A stretch of DNA of 64,000 nucleotides, from positions 32,001 through 96,000 of the forward strand of contig JBLIRO010000003.1 of the NCBI GenBank assembly GCA_049472335.1, written 5' to 3'. The notes under the pieces were generated by a model. It did not search any database, was not told the origin of the DNA, and saw only the letters and a program-made list of their open reading frames with translations. Source of the stretch: a bacterium. GTDB lineage: Bacteria; SZUA-182; DTGQ01; JAFGSM01. A program made the position numbers and the translations under genes. This document shows, one piece after another, positions 8,375 to 18,831 of this stretch (position 1 is its first letter; each line of letters starts with the position of its first letter).

Positions 8375-11140
8375 ATGAAACGCTTCGCTATTCCGATTTT
8401 TATTCTCGGGATTATTCTTTGTCTGTTTATGATAGCAAATGCCGTTTTTCTAGTACCCTCGGTAAAGGATGATCCTCTTGTAAGAATGCCCGGCACCCAG
8501 CCGGATCAGGGAGTTAATCTCGAGGCCCCAAACAGATGTTTGAACTGTCATGGAGACTACAATCATGCCGTTGAGCCTGGTTTTAACTGGAAAGGTTCCA
8601 TGATGGCTCAGGCATCAAGGGATCCTTTGTTTTGGGCATGCTTGACTGTTGCCGGACAAGACTCTGTCTGGGCAATAGGAACGCCTAACGCCGTTGATAT
8701 CTGCGAACGCTGTCATTTCCCGGAAGGGTGGCTGGGGGGACGCTCTGATCCGCCTAATGCCTCAGCCATGACAGGCAGTGATTTTGACGGATTACACTGT
8801 GATTTTTGCCATACAATGTGGGACCCGCTCTTTGAGACAACATACAATGGAACAAGGGAAGGTAATGACTGGTCTGGTTATTGGGATGAGGCTACATCCC
8901 TTTCTCAGACTGAGGCAGACATAACATATACTGAAGATACTTCCCTTGCCCTGGGGATTTCACTTTTTAACGGAAACCCGTTTTTCAGCGGTAAGGTTCC
9001 ATTCAGTTCGAACTACACGGAAAACGCTACCGGTCAATATTTTGTGAGCACCAATTCGCAGAAAAGGGCCAGCTTTGCCGATGCTGCTGCAAGACATCAG
9101 ATGCTGTATAGCCGCTATCATAAGTCTAAATTCTTTTGTTCTACATGTCATGATGTATCCAATCCGGCACTTGCAAATCTCTATCAGGATGGAAGTGAAC
9201 CACTTACAACCGAAAAAGAACCGGCCTTTTCATATTTTCATGTGGAGCGGACATGGTCAGAATTTATGTCATCCGCCTATGGTCAACAGGGTGGGTCTGC
9301 AACCAATACGGAATTTCAGGAACAAGGCGCGCCGGATATTACCTTGGCGGCCAAATGCCAGGATTGTCATATGAGGGATGTGGTTGGAGTAGGATGTAAC
9401 AAGAATGGTGTGCCATTGCGGCCGGATGAGAGCGTGGCTCATCCCAACTCCGGACTCCCTCTTCACGACATGACAGGAGGGAATCTCTGGATTTCGCATA
9501 TTCTGGCAAGTCTTGATGTGAATGGCCCTGTATATGACCCTGAAAATGTAAGAATACTTGACAAAGGACCTTCTATATTGACATTGGACTTAAGCCAGGG
9601 TGAAACGCCAAAGGTAAATGGAGCGGCACTCAAGGCCGGATCTGACCGGGCAAAACAACAGCTCCTGCTTGCCGCAACGATCAAAAATCTTTCTTATGAT
9701 TCTGCCACCGGAGAATTGTCTTTTATTATACAGAATAACACTGCCCATAAACTGATCTCCGGCTTTCCTGAAGGCCGCAGGATGTTTGTAAATATCAAGG
9801 CCTATACTCATGCAGAAGGATTGATATATGAAGTGAATCCTTATGATTATGATATTGGTACGCTCAAGGGTCTTTCACATTCACATAGCTCCCCTGCATT
9901 AGGGCCCAATGAAGCCTATATAGATGAGCTGGTTTATGAGGTGCACCCAAAAAGCTCGCTTACCGGTGAAGATGAGACCTTTCACTTCGTCCTGGCTGAC
10001 GGCCGGTATAAAGACAATCGAATCCCGCCGAAGGGATTTGATGTGACCGAGGCCGCTAGAAGACTCTGTGAGCCTGTCTGGCATGGTAATAGTGCAGTAG
10101 ATTATTTTACTCCAGAGGAATATGCAGGGGGATATGATGATATAAGCATTAATATTGCAGCCGGAGCTGACTACGTTGTGGTTTCCCTGTATTATCAGGG
10201 AACATCACGTGAGTACGTCGAGTTTCTGAGAGATGAGATCAATGGTGTTCAAAACCTGACGCTTCCTACAGAGCCTTTCACTTCTGGACCGGGCGATCCG
10301 AAAAATTATATTGTCAAAAGCGATCCCTTCTTTTCACAACTTGCGGCATGGGGAAATGTCATATGGGAGCTCTGGGAGTATAATCACGGATTAGGGGCAA
10401 CTCAACCGCCAACAGGTCCTGTGGATGGAATTGTGCCATTCGTAATGACCCAGGCTACAATTGGAACCGGCGGTTGTACTGTACCCACTCCTACCCTGCT
10501 TACCGCAACCCCTGACGACAAACAGGTTATTATAACGTGGCAGGAGGCTTCGGGCGATATCACTGGCTATCGGCTTTATTATGATCAGTCAGGCAAGGCC
10601 CAGTTGATAGTCGATTTACAGGCGCCGGCAAGCAATTACGTTGATACAGGACTGACAAACGGCCAGGAATACTGTTACAAGCTCACATCCTATAACACGG
10701 ATTGTGAATCCGGTTTCAGCAATATCCTATGCGCAACACCCAATAACCAGGGACAGACCACGGACCCTGCCGGCGTAGACTCAATGGTTACAGGTTTCTA
10801 TAGTGGTGGCGGGAAAACAAAGACGTTTTCTTCATCCACCACCTTCCAGGCAGGCACCTCAATTGTAATAAGGGCGCACATGATCGATAAAATTACGGGT
10901 TCCCCTCTGGCTAACGCCACAGTTGACATTGCCATCGACGGTCCGGAGACAACCACTCTGACCAGCGGACCCAGCGATCCGGCTGGTGTCGCGGAGGCCA
11001 CCTGGAATACCCAGGCGCCTAACAGGAAAGGGCAAGGCGGAACCACTCCGGGCCACTATACTGCTTCGACCATTGATGTCAAAGTATCAGGCTACCACTG
11101 GGATAGCGTAACAACAAGCACCAGCTTTGATATTCAGTAG
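8375..11140 (+). CDS. Exported multiheme (5 CxxCH) cytochrome c with FN3 and C-terminal Ig-like domains
   Basis: RBS AAGGAG then ATG at 8375 (MKRFAIPIF, signal peptide); CLNCH, CERCH, CDFCH, CSTCH, CQDCH; FN3 pattern TPTLLTATP...ITW...GYRLYY...YVDTGLTNGQEYCYKLTSYN...ESGFSN. Confidence 0.88.
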   Translation: MKRFAIPIFILGIILCLFMIANAVFLVPSVKDDPLVRMPGTQPDQGVNLEAPNRCLNCHGDYNHAVEPGFNWKGSMMAQASRDPLFWACLTVAGQDSVWAIGTPNAVDICERCHFPEGWLGGRSDPPNASAMTGSDFDGLHCDFCHTMWDPLFETTYNGTREGNDWSGYWDEATSLSQTEADITYTEDTSLALGISLFNGNPFFSGKVPFSSNYTENATGQYFVSTNSQKRASFADAAARHQMLYSRYHKSKFFCSTCHDVSNPALANLYQDGSEPLTTEKEPAFSYFHVERTWSEFMSSAYGQQGGSATNTEFQEQGAPDITLAAKCQDCHMRDVVGVGCNKNGVPLRPDESVAHPNSGLPLHDMTGGNLWISHILASLDVNGPVYDPENVRILDKGPSILTLDLSQGETPKVNGAALKAGSDRAKQQLLLAATIKNLSYDSATGELSFIIQNNTAHKLISGFPEGRRMFVNIKAYTHAEGLIYEVNPYDYDIGTLKGLSHSHSSPALGPNEAYIDELVYEVHPKSSLTGEDETFHFVLADGRYKDNRIPPKGFDVTEAARRLCEPVWHGNSAVDYFTPEEYAGGYDDISINIAAGADYVVVSLYYQGTSREYVEFLRDEINGVQNLTLPTEPFTSGPGDPKNYIVKSDPFFSQLAAWGNVIWELWEYNHGLGATQPPTGPVDGIVPFVMTQATIGTGGCTVPTPTLLTATPDDKQVIITWQEASGDITGYRLYYDQSGKAQLIVDLQAPASNYVDTGLTNGQEYCYKLTSYNTDCESGFSNILCATPNNQGQTTDPAGVDSMVTGFYSGGGKTKTFSSSTTFQAGTSIVIRAHMIDKITGSPLANATVDIAIDGPETTTLTSGPSDPAGVAEATWNTQAPNRKGQGGTTPGHYTASTIDVKVSGYHWDSVTTSTSFDIQ

Positions 11141-11170
11141 TAGTCTTTCATATTGAATTTCTAAATAATG

Positions 11171-11207
11171 AAGGGCGGCTTGCATTACAAAGCCGCCCTT
11201 TTATTTT
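11171..11207 (+). terminator. Rho-independent terminator after the cytochrome operon
   Basis: Perfect 10-bp stem AAGGGCGGCT/AGCCGCCCTT followed by TTATTTT, 30 nt after the stop codon. Confidence 0.8.
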
Positions 11208-11350
11208 GGATTTTAAACCCGGGTTTCACATTAAGGTGAATTTACTGTTTTATACGTTTTCATATGAATGACAAAACATTCACTACGAGCATATCATATT
11301 TTTTGGGACTAAACATATCAGATTCTAACTTTCTTTATTTAGTTCACTAT

Positions 11351-11411
11351 CGTTACATTGTTACATTGATGTATTCGGAATTTGTGACATATCAGGCTCG
11401 CTTCAGACCAA
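11351..11411 (+). promoter_or_regulatory. Putative activator-binding site (TGTNACA array) upstream of the eCIS operon
   Basis: Heptamers start at 11351 (cGTTACA), 11359 (TGTTACA), 11370 (TGTAttc) and 11383 (TGTGACA), then TCGCTTCAGAC; same spacing as the array at 53916-53954. Confidence 0.6.
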
Positions 11412-11609
11412 ACCTTTATTAATTTTATAAAAATATTTTTTTATATTTACTTATGCAATTATTGTTTTTTTTGATTATAAACATTCTTCTCATTATATTT
11501 TCTGACTCAATCAATCAATGTTACACTTCAGCGATTACAATATAGATGCGGATCACGAAAGTTACTGAAATAATAATCATTTCGGACTATACCTCTTTTG
11601 ATAATTAAT

Positions 11610-11625
11610 TGGCAACAATTTTGAT
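11610..11625 (+). promoter_or_regulatory. Putative sigma54 (-24/-12) promoter of the eCIS operon
   Basis: TGGCAACAATTTTGAT = GG-N10-GA; correct spacing, with GA instead of the canonical GC at -12. Confidence 0.5.
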
Positions 11626-11826
11626 ACATAATCCTCTCAGCAAATAAAATATTTTTAGCCCTGGTCTAAACCGAAATAATTAATTTAATGTCGATCTATT
11701 GATTCTTTAATATTCAAAAAAATTCTTTGCAAAATTTTAACTAATTTTTGTGATATACATTCGAATATAAAGATTTTTTCCGAAGGATCAATGATATAAA
11801 GATTAATTTTTTAAACGAGGATTATA

Positions 11827-12414
11827 ATGTCTAATTATTCAGCCATCTCAGTGGTTTGCGAATCCGTTCTCCTTTTATTGCGCAACAATTATGAACCTCA
11901 GGAATTCAATAATGAGCTTGAATTTAAGGTTTACTTAGCCAAAGACTTCCTGGCTCCCATGCCAACCGGTGTATCTTTGTTCCTGTACAGGATCCTCCCC
12001 AATGGATCGCATCGTACACCTAATGGGCGTATTGGTCCAAATGGTAAATATTACCGGTCACAACTCCCAATAGATTTGCATTTTTTGTTAACAGCATGGG
12101 GAAAAGACGCCTCTTTGCAGCACACAATTGCCGGATGGATGATGCGTGTTCTTGAAGATATGCCCATTCTGCCCGCATCCCTTTTGAATTCTGTAGCATC
12201 AGATGTATTTCATCCGGATGAAACTGTTGAAATATGTCTTTCTGAAATGACCACTGAAGAAATGATTCATATATGGGAAGCATTTATTGAAAATGGTTAT
12301 CACCTGTCAATACCCTATGTAGCGAGAAATATAAGGATAGAATCAAATGTTTTAATAACCGACAAACAGTCTATCCAAAAGAGAACCTTTGAATACAAAA
12401 AATATGGGGATTGA
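11827..12414 (+). CDS. eCIS cap / tail terminator (DUF4255, Pvc16/Afp16-like)
   Basis: MSNYSAI start, VSLFLYRI, LPIDLHFLLTAW, YHLSIPYVAR; first gene of the phage-tail-like cluster. Confidence 0.85.
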   Translation: MSNYSAISVVCESVLLLLRNNYEPQEFNNELEFKVYLAKDFLAPMPTGVSLFLYRILPNGSHRTPNGRIGPNGKYYRSQLPIDLHFLLTAWGKDASLQHTIAGWMMRVLEDMPILPASLLNSVASDVFHPDETVEICLSEMTTEEMIHIWEAFIENGYHLSIPYVARNIRIESNVLITDKQSIQKRTFEYKKYGD

Positions 12415-12462
12415 TTAACATTATTCTAGAATCAAAGGCTAAATGCAGGACTATTTATTAAG

Positions 12463-13320
12463 ATGGCCATAAATAATCAAAGATTTCTTTATCAAACAAA
12501 TGTTTTTACAACCCTTGGAATAAGATTCTGGGACCCAATCCTTGACAAACAAGTGATTGACGATTTAATGGTCACAGCAAGGCCTGAAAAAAAATTATCA
12601 CCTGTAATCACTTCCTTCAGAACAGCTTCGGGAATATATGCTTTTCAGGGATTACCAGGATTGCATGATACGGAGTATCCTGTACAAGACGAAACAAACA
12701 TTATTAAAAAGAAGTGTTTCATAATCGAGGTCAAGGATCGTCGAAAACAATTCCTTACAACCGTTTTTAAAGTTAATCTTCCATTGCCGTATGAAGGGAT
12801 TTATCCCAATACGGCTTATAATAGTCCGCTAGAAGAAAGCCTGCCCGGATTTTATCTTTTTTCCGCCCCTACGAGATCCTCTTCACCCGGATTGGCTGTT
12901 GTTCGCGGACAACTTATAACGGCTGTCACAGGGAATCCAGCGGCCTATGCAATATTGGAGGTCCGGGTAAAAGATAGAACATGGTATGGAGTGGCGGATG
13001 AAAGGGGGTGTATTGCTGTTCTGTTTCCATACCCTGCAATTAACGGTATGTTTTTGGCATCACCGCCTGTTTCAATATATCAGCAGAATTGGGAAATAAT
13101 CATCCGAGTCAGATATGATCCTGAGATGTTGATATTTCCTTACAAATCGGACTTTCCTGAACTCCGGAGCATTTGGAGCCAATCATCCGGAATTATAATT
13201 CCCTCTGAAGGCAATCCGCCTGTTACTGAATTTTCTTATAATCTGTTTTTTGGCCAGGAGCTGGTATTGCGAACAGAAGGGCAATCCGGATCCGTGCTTT
13301 TAATAAATAAAGGTGATTAA
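12463..13320 (+). CDS. eCIS-associated hypothetical protein (beta-sandwich-like)
   Basis: Co-directional ORF between cap and sheath; SGIYAFQGLPGL and YAILEV...GVADERG segments; no function recognised. Confidence 0.65.
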   Translation: MAINNQRFLYQTNVFTTLGIRFWDPILDKQVIDDLMVTARPEKKLSPVITSFRTASGIYAFQGLPGLHDTEYPVQDETNIIKKKCFIIEVKDRRKQFLTTVFKVNLPLPYEGIYPNTAYNSPLEESLPGFYLFSAPTRSSSPGLAVVRGQLITAVTGNPAAYAILEVRVKDRTWYGVADERGCIAVLFPYPAINGMFLASPPVSIYQQNWEIIIRVRYDPEMLIFPYKSDFPELRSIWSQSSGIIIPSEGNPPVTEFSYNLFFGQELVLRTEGQSGSVLLINKGD

Positions 13321-13349
13321 AATTTAACCTTAAGAAAGGAGGTTTCACT

Positions 13350-15281
13350 ATGCCAGAATATCTCGCCCCTGGGGTATATATAGAGGAAACAAGCTTTCGA
13401 GCCAAAACAATAGAGGGATTAAGTACAAGCACTGCCGGCTTCATTGGCCCCACCCGTTTTGGACCGATAAGGGGTGAGCCTGAGCTATTGACTAGTTTTT
13501 CCGATTTTGAACGTATTTATGGTGGTTTGGATAGATTAGAGTATGATGGCATACAGATGGACAATTACATGGCTCATGCTGTGCGGGCATTCTTCGAAAA
13601 CGGCGGTCACAGGCTTTATGTATCCCGTATTTACAAGGCGGCAGGATTAAATGACGGAATAGCAGGTGCAGATATTACAGACGGCGAATCTCCAACTTCA
13701 CAGATTATTCATTTACAGGCCCGCTATCCCGGAGCTGCCGGAAACATAACAGTAAAGTTTCTATTTCGTATTGGTCAAAACATTCTCGGCAGTGTACCGA
13801 TTGATCCTGGTTCACCCGGATCCGGCAGCTATCCTGTGTTAAGAGGTGCAGGCAATTATGATGTGGTCTGGGCAACGGATGTGACTAGTCCTATTGGATA
13901 CCCCCCGGGGAGCGGAATGCTTTATTGGCTTGATCGTTACTTCGATGAAGACAATAACAGGTATACCTTCAGGTTACGCCGGGACAATCCGGATCAGCAG
14001 CCGGCTGATTTCCTTGAATTAACAGATCCCAGTATTACTGATGTTCGTGTTGTAACAGTGGATGTTACAATAGGCCCTCTGGGTGAATTCGATCATGAGG
14101 AAACATTTGGAAATCTTACCTTTCATCCGGAACACAGACGTGCATTAGGCAGGGTATTTGCCTCTGAGGAAAATGCTGATCGGGCTACTTCCCTTTTTGT
14201 ACCATTAGTTTTTTCAACTGAGTTGAAAAACGGTGTTGATATAGCAGAAACCCTGTTAATGCAGCAAAGTTTAATTCCATCCTCACCGTCAAGAGTATTA
14301 TTAGATTCCTTTGGTGACCCTGCGGCTACCGATGCAGCACGTACATTTCAAATAATACTCTCCGGCGGAAGTGATGGTAACAGACCGGAAGCCGATGAAT
14401 ACGAGGGTGATGATGGAAACACCGATGGCTTGAAAAGCGGTTTGCGGGCCTTTGAAGATATTGAGGACATTTCGATTATTGCGGCACCCGGCTCTTCTTT
14501 CGGCTTTAAGGATGATTACCAGACCAATACTGAAACTATCCTTAGCCATTTAATTTCTCATTGCCAAAAGATGCGCTACCGTATTGCAGTACTTGATTCT
14601 GCTGATAATCAGCTTATTTCTGAGATACGTGCCTATCGCGGCAAGATCGATTCGTCTCATGCCGCCCTGTATTATCCATGGATTCGAATTCTCGATCCGG
14701 TTACAGATAAAGAAATCAATGTTCCTCCAAGTGGCTTTGTGGCAGGGATTTATGCCAGAAATGATGTAGAAAATGGTGTTCATAAGGCGCCAGCCAATGA
14801 GGTTGTTCGTCTTGCCATAGGCTTTGAGTTTATGTTGAATAAAGCCCAGCAGGATGTGCTAAATCCTGAAGGGATCAACTGTTTTCGATTTTTCGAGGGA
14901 CGTGGTTATCGTCTATGGGGTGGAAGGACTGTCAGCTCTGATCCTGAATGGAAGTATGTCAATCTAAGACGCTATTTTGCCTTTATTGAACACTCAATTG
15001 AAAAGGGAACACAATGGGTGGTTTTTGAAAACAATAGCGGGGCGCTCTGGACCAAGGTTCGCCACACAATAGAAGATTTTCTTTTCAATGAATGGAAATC
15101 CCGGCATTTAATGGGCGAGAAACCACAGGAGGCTTATTTTGTCCGTTGTGACCGTTCTACAATGACTCAAAATGACATTGACAATGGTCGTCTCGTATGC
15201 CTTATAGGAATAGCACCCGTACGTCCGGCGGAATTTGTAATCTTCCGGATAGGTCAATGGACTGCAAACCGTCGTGCTTAG
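13350..15281 (+). CDS. Contractile tail sheath protein (major)
   Basis: MPEYLAPGVYIEE, AVRAFFENGG, AALYYPW, VPPSGFVAGIYAR, GVHKAPANE, WKYVNLRR, APVRPAEFVIFRI. Confidence 0.95.
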   Translation: MPEYLAPGVYIEETSFRAKTIEGLSTSTAGFIGPTRFGPIRGEPELLTSFSDFERIYGGLDRLEYDGIQMDNYMAHAVRAFFENGGHRLYVSRIYKAAGLNDGIAGADITDGESPTSQIIHLQARYPGAAGNITVKFLFRIGQNILGSVPIDPGSPGSGSYPVLRGAGNYDVVWATDVTSPIGYPPGSGMLYWLDRYFDEDNNRYTFRLRRDNPDQQPADFLELTDPSITDVRVVTVDVTIGPLGEFDHEETFGNLTFHPEHRRALGRVFASEENADRATSLFVPLVFSTELKNGVDIAETLLMQQSLIPSSPSRVLLDSFGDPAATDAARTFQIILSGGSDGNRPEADEYEGDDGNTDGLKSGLRAFEDIEDISIIAAPGSSFGFKDDYQTNTETILSHLISHCQKMRYRIAVLDSADNQLISEIRAYRGKIDSSHAALYYPWIRILDPVTDKEINVPPSGFVAGIYARNDVENGVHKAPANEVVRLAIGFEFMLNKAQQDVLNPEGINCFRFFEGRGYRLWGGRTVSSDPEWKYVNLRRYFAFIEHSIEKGTQWVVFENNSGALWTKVRHTIEDFLFNEWKSRHLMGEKPQEAYFVRCDRSTMTQNDIDNGRLVCLIGIAPVRPAEFVIFRIGQWTANRRA

Positions 15282-15364
15282 GGATCATTTTTTATACAAA
15301 TATGGTATTTAACTTTAAGATAATGAATTTTAAAACATTGAATTTCAAATAAGGAGATAGATCT

Positions 15365-15814
15365 ATGGAATTTCGAGAACGTCCTTACAGCCAATTTAAC
15401 TATCTTGTGGATCTCGGATCAGGCCATACTGAACAGCCACAAGGAGGATTTCAGGAGGTAAGCGGCCTTGGTATGGAAATTACCGTAGCCGAGTACCGTG
15501 CCGGGAATGACATGGACAATGCACCTCGAAAGATCACCGGTACATATAAGGTCCCTGATATCACTTTAAAGAGAGGTGTTATAGGCTCGGATGATCTTTA
15601 TCAATGGCTGAATCAAGTGCGAAATGGTGCTCAAGACGCCCTGCGCACAGTTACAATTCAACTTCAGAACGAAGACCACAGCAGCATAGTGCAGGAATGG
15701 AAACTTAATTTTGCCAGACCTATCAAATACACAGGCCCTTCTCTGAATGCAAAAGGAACAGATGTTGCCATAGAGGAGCTTGTTCTGGCCTGCGAAAGGA
15801 TTGAACTGGCCTAA
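15365..15814 (+). CDS. Tail tube protein (T4 gp19-like, Afp1/5)
   Basis: FQEVSGLG...EYRAG...ITLKRGV...YTGPSLNA...VAIEELVL. Confidence 0.93.
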   Translation: MEFRERPYSQFNYLVDLGSGHTEQPQGGFQEVSGLGMEITVAEYRAGNDMDNAPRKITGTYKVPDITLKRGVIGSDDLYQWLNQVRNGAQDALRTVTIQLQNEDHSSIVQEWKLNFARPIKYTGPSLNAKGTDVAIEELVLACERIELA

Positions 15815-15816
15815 TT

Positions 15817-18813
15817 ATGAAAACCAAAGTAAAAAACCAGTTACCCGGCATTTATTTTACCACAGAACCACCTGCTCCTTCCCCTGTGCTGCCCCGTATG
15901 GATATTGCGGCTTTTGTGGGAATTGCCTCTTCCGGTCCATTGAACACCCCTGTACCAATAGAAGATATGGACCGGTTCCGTGATATTTTTGGGGATAATT
16001 TTCCTATAGCATGGAATCCTGCTACCGGCCGGATACAGTATGCCCTTTTAGCCCCTTCAGTAGAGGCCTTTTTCAGCAATGGCGGACAACGTTGTTGGGT
16101 TGTACGTGTGGCTAAGGGGGCAAAAGCAAACCGATTTTCATTGCCGGGTTTGGTTCGTGCGGATAACTGGCAGCCTGCACTCTCTTTTGCAAGAAGTGAA
16201 GGAAGCTGGTCCGACAGCCTGCGAGTAGGTACTGTAAAACAAATACAGGCGCTTAATTTGATCGATTTCCAATATGAAGCGGATGATAATTATTATTCTG
16301 TCCAGGTAGCAGCCCCCTCCACCAAATTAAGCCCGGGAGATCTTTTACAGTTAAACTTTGGTGATAATGGTCCTCTGCTTTTTCTGGTCATAGATTACGT
16401 TGAAATCATGACTGCAAATAACTATCTGCCTAAAGGTCCGCCCAACATATCCTTAAAAGGATCTCAAGGTTACTGGTTCCTACGTTCTTATGAGCCTGCG
16501 GATATTTCGGAATCAATAGAAGTTTTTTTACTGAATCCTGAAGGTGAAAAACCGCTCCCTATACTATCAATGCTAATGCCAAAAACAAACAGCGATTTTT
16601 ATGAAGTCGAATTGGATATGTCTTATGAAAACGCACCACTTCCAGGCGAGCTTCTACGTATCAATTTTGCCGAATGGGAATCTCTCCTTCTGCCATTGAC
16701 AAAAGAAACGGAATCACTTCCCGGGGAAGGGGTTCGTGTTGGCGGGAAAAATGGCCTGTGGCCGGTCGGGCTTTATCAGGGATTAAAGGCAGTTGAATCA
16801 TGGCAGGCAGAGGATGTGCATGAGAGGAAACCCTATGCTGAAATCATTACATTCGATATCATTATATGGAATAAAGGTGAGATAACCTCATCATTTACTA
16901 ACCTTGGATTCAGCAACAAAAGCAACCGGTTTTGGGCCAGGTTGCCATCTGATAAAGAGCTCTTTGAATTACCGGAAATGATGAATAAATATGAAGAGCC
17001 GGATTCTTTAAAGGCAGAGGCCTCTGAACCTCGTTTTCCTCTGACCGGACACGAAGATCCTGCCGTGCTTTATTTACCAATAGGTATGCATTTTACACCC
17101 CGATTTGAGATATCACAGGGGCCTCTCGACTATTCTGAGATGGACTCATTGACAAAGAACGGAATTGAGAGTTTCAATGCAGGACTCTTTCTGGATACTG
17201 ATCTGGCGGATATAGGCAGCGAATTGCTATTGAGGGAGGCAAATCATAAGTATTATTTGCAGGGAAGGCCTTTATCCGGCATACATTGCCTGCTCCCTAT
17301 CAATGAGATTACTCTTATTACAACTCCTGATGCAGTACAATTGGATTGGGAAAGAGGAGAACCTATCCTCCCTGATCTCTTATTGCCACCGGTTTTAAAT
17401 CCTGTAGCTTCATATGAAGAGCCTGGGACATTGATTCTTTCCTGGTCATCTGCAAATGACCCGGCAACTTACAGACTCCAGGAATCAACAGACCCTGCCT
17501 TCTCTAACCCGGAAATAATATATGAGGGCAAAGAAACAACCATAACCATACCTTGTCATAAAGGCTGTCCTCTTATTTATTATTACCGCATCAATGCCTT
17601 ATATGAGGGAAAGATGAGTCCCTGGTCCAATACCCAAAAGGCACTAAATCCTCAGCTTGACTTTGAAAACTGCCAGAGTCCTTCCCTGGAGGTACCACAG
17701 CTTAATCCTCTATCATTAGACCCAGCACATGATTATTATTATATCATTTCATGGTCATCCGTAAATGGTGCCACTCGATATATTTTACAGGAGTCTGCGG
17801 ATCCGCTTTTTAGCGGTTCTTTAACGATTTTTACCGGCTCTGAAATATATTTCCGCGTAAAACGCCGGATTACAAATGATGTTTTTTATTATCGAGTACG
17901 GGCAGAAAATGAAGAGAGGATAAGCCCCTGGTCCAATACATGTTTTTATGTATCTTCAGCCGCACAGATGTTTTCAGTAAATGATCCTGAAGAATATAGC
18001 AATGAAAATCTTTTATCAGTGCAAAGGGCCTTGTTACGCTTTTGCGCTGCCCGGGGTGATATGTTTACTTTATTATCTTTGCCTTACCACTACACCAGGG
18101 ATGAAATCATTTGCCATTTAAAGGCATTAATGTCAATTCAGAATGGTAATATAGTGGACCGGGACCTCAGTTTCGGGGCAGTCTATCATCCCTGGGTGGA
18201 GGCTCGTGTATCATTGGATAAAAGCATTACAGCCATACAGCCTCTTCCTCCCGAAGGGTCAGTGTGCGGCACGATTGCCTTAAGGGCAATCACCCGCGGA
18301 CCATGGATTGCCCCTGCAAACGAACCTTTAAGGAGAGTGGTATCATTAATTTCTAAGATCAATCTTCAAGAATCGCGTCCATACATTGATATACCATTAA
18401 ATTTAATAAGACAGGACATACGGGGATTTTTGCTTCTAAGTGCCTGCACACTCTGCCCTGAATCCGCTTTCAGGTCTATCAATGTGCGCCGGCTTCTCAT
18501 ACTTTTGCGACGTCTTGCTTTACTCGAAGGTTCGATTTATGTCTTTCAGCCCAATGACTCAGATTTTCACACCATTGTTAAAAACAGATTCGAGCATTTG
18601 CTTGCCAGACTTTACAATTTAGGAGCATTTGCAGGCAATACACCGGCTGAGGCATATAAAGTGGTCACAGATCAATCGATCAATACCTCAGAAAGCCTCC
18701 AACAAGGACGCTTTATTGTTGAGCTTCGTGTTGCACCGTCACATCCGCTGGCATTCATCACTTTAAGGCTTATACAAACAGGCCATGAAAAACTAACAAT
18801 GCATGAAGCCTGA
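15817..18813 (+). CDS. Second, enlarged tail sheath protein with two FN3-like insertions
   Basis: LPGIYF, RMDIAAFVG, VEAFFSNGG, GAVYHPW, WIAPANE, INVRRLL, ELRVAPSHP; two inserted SW...Y.LQES.DP.F...YYYR...SPWSNT repeats. Confidence 0.9.
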   Translation: MKTKVKNQLPGIYFTTEPPAPSPVLPRMDIAAFVGIASSGPLNTPVPIEDMDRFRDIFGDNFPIAWNPATGRIQYALLAPSVEAFFSNGGQRCWVVRVAKGAKANRFSLPGLVRADNWQPALSFARSEGSWSDSLRVGTVKQIQALNLIDFQYEADDNYYSVQVAAPSTKLSPGDLLQLNFGDNGPLLFLVIDYVEIMTANNYLPKGPPNISLKGSQGYWFLRSYEPADISESIEVFLLNPEGEKPLPILSMLMPKTNSDFYEVELDMSYENAPLPGELLRINFAEWESLLLPLTKETESLPGEGVRVGGKNGLWPVGLYQGLKAVESWQAEDVHERKPYAEIITFDIIIWNKGEITSSFTNLGFSNKSNRFWARLPSDKELFELPEMMNKYEEPDSLKAEASEPRFPLTGHEDPAVLYLPIGMHFTPRFEISQGPLDYSEMDSLTKNGIESFNAGLFLDTDLADIGSELLLREANHKYYLQGRPLSGIHCLLPINEITLITTPDAVQLDWERGEPILPDLLLPPVLNPVASYEEPGTLILSWSSANDPATYRLQESTDPAFSNPEIIYEGKETTITIPCHKGCPLIYYYRINALYEGKMSPWSNTQKALNPQLDFENCQSPSLEVPQLNPLSLDPAHDYYYIISWSSVNGATRYILQESADPLFSGSLTIFTGSEIYFRVKRRITNDVFYYRVRAENEERISPWSNTCFYVSSAAQMFSVNDPEEYSNENLLSVQRALLRFCAARGDMFTLLSLPYHYTRDEIICHLKALMSIQNGNIVDRDLSFGAVYHPWVEARVSLDKSITAIQPLPPEGSVCGTIALRAITRGPWIAPANEPLRRVVSLISKINLQESRPYIDIPLNLIRQDIRGFLLLSACTLCPESAFRSINVRRLLILLRRLALLEGSIYVFQPNDSDFHTIVKNRFEHLLARLYNLGAFAGNTPAEAYKVVTDQSINTSESLQQGRFIVELRVAPSHPLAFITLRLIQTGHEKLTMHEA

Positions 18814-18831
18814 GAACAAGAAGAATAAGAA

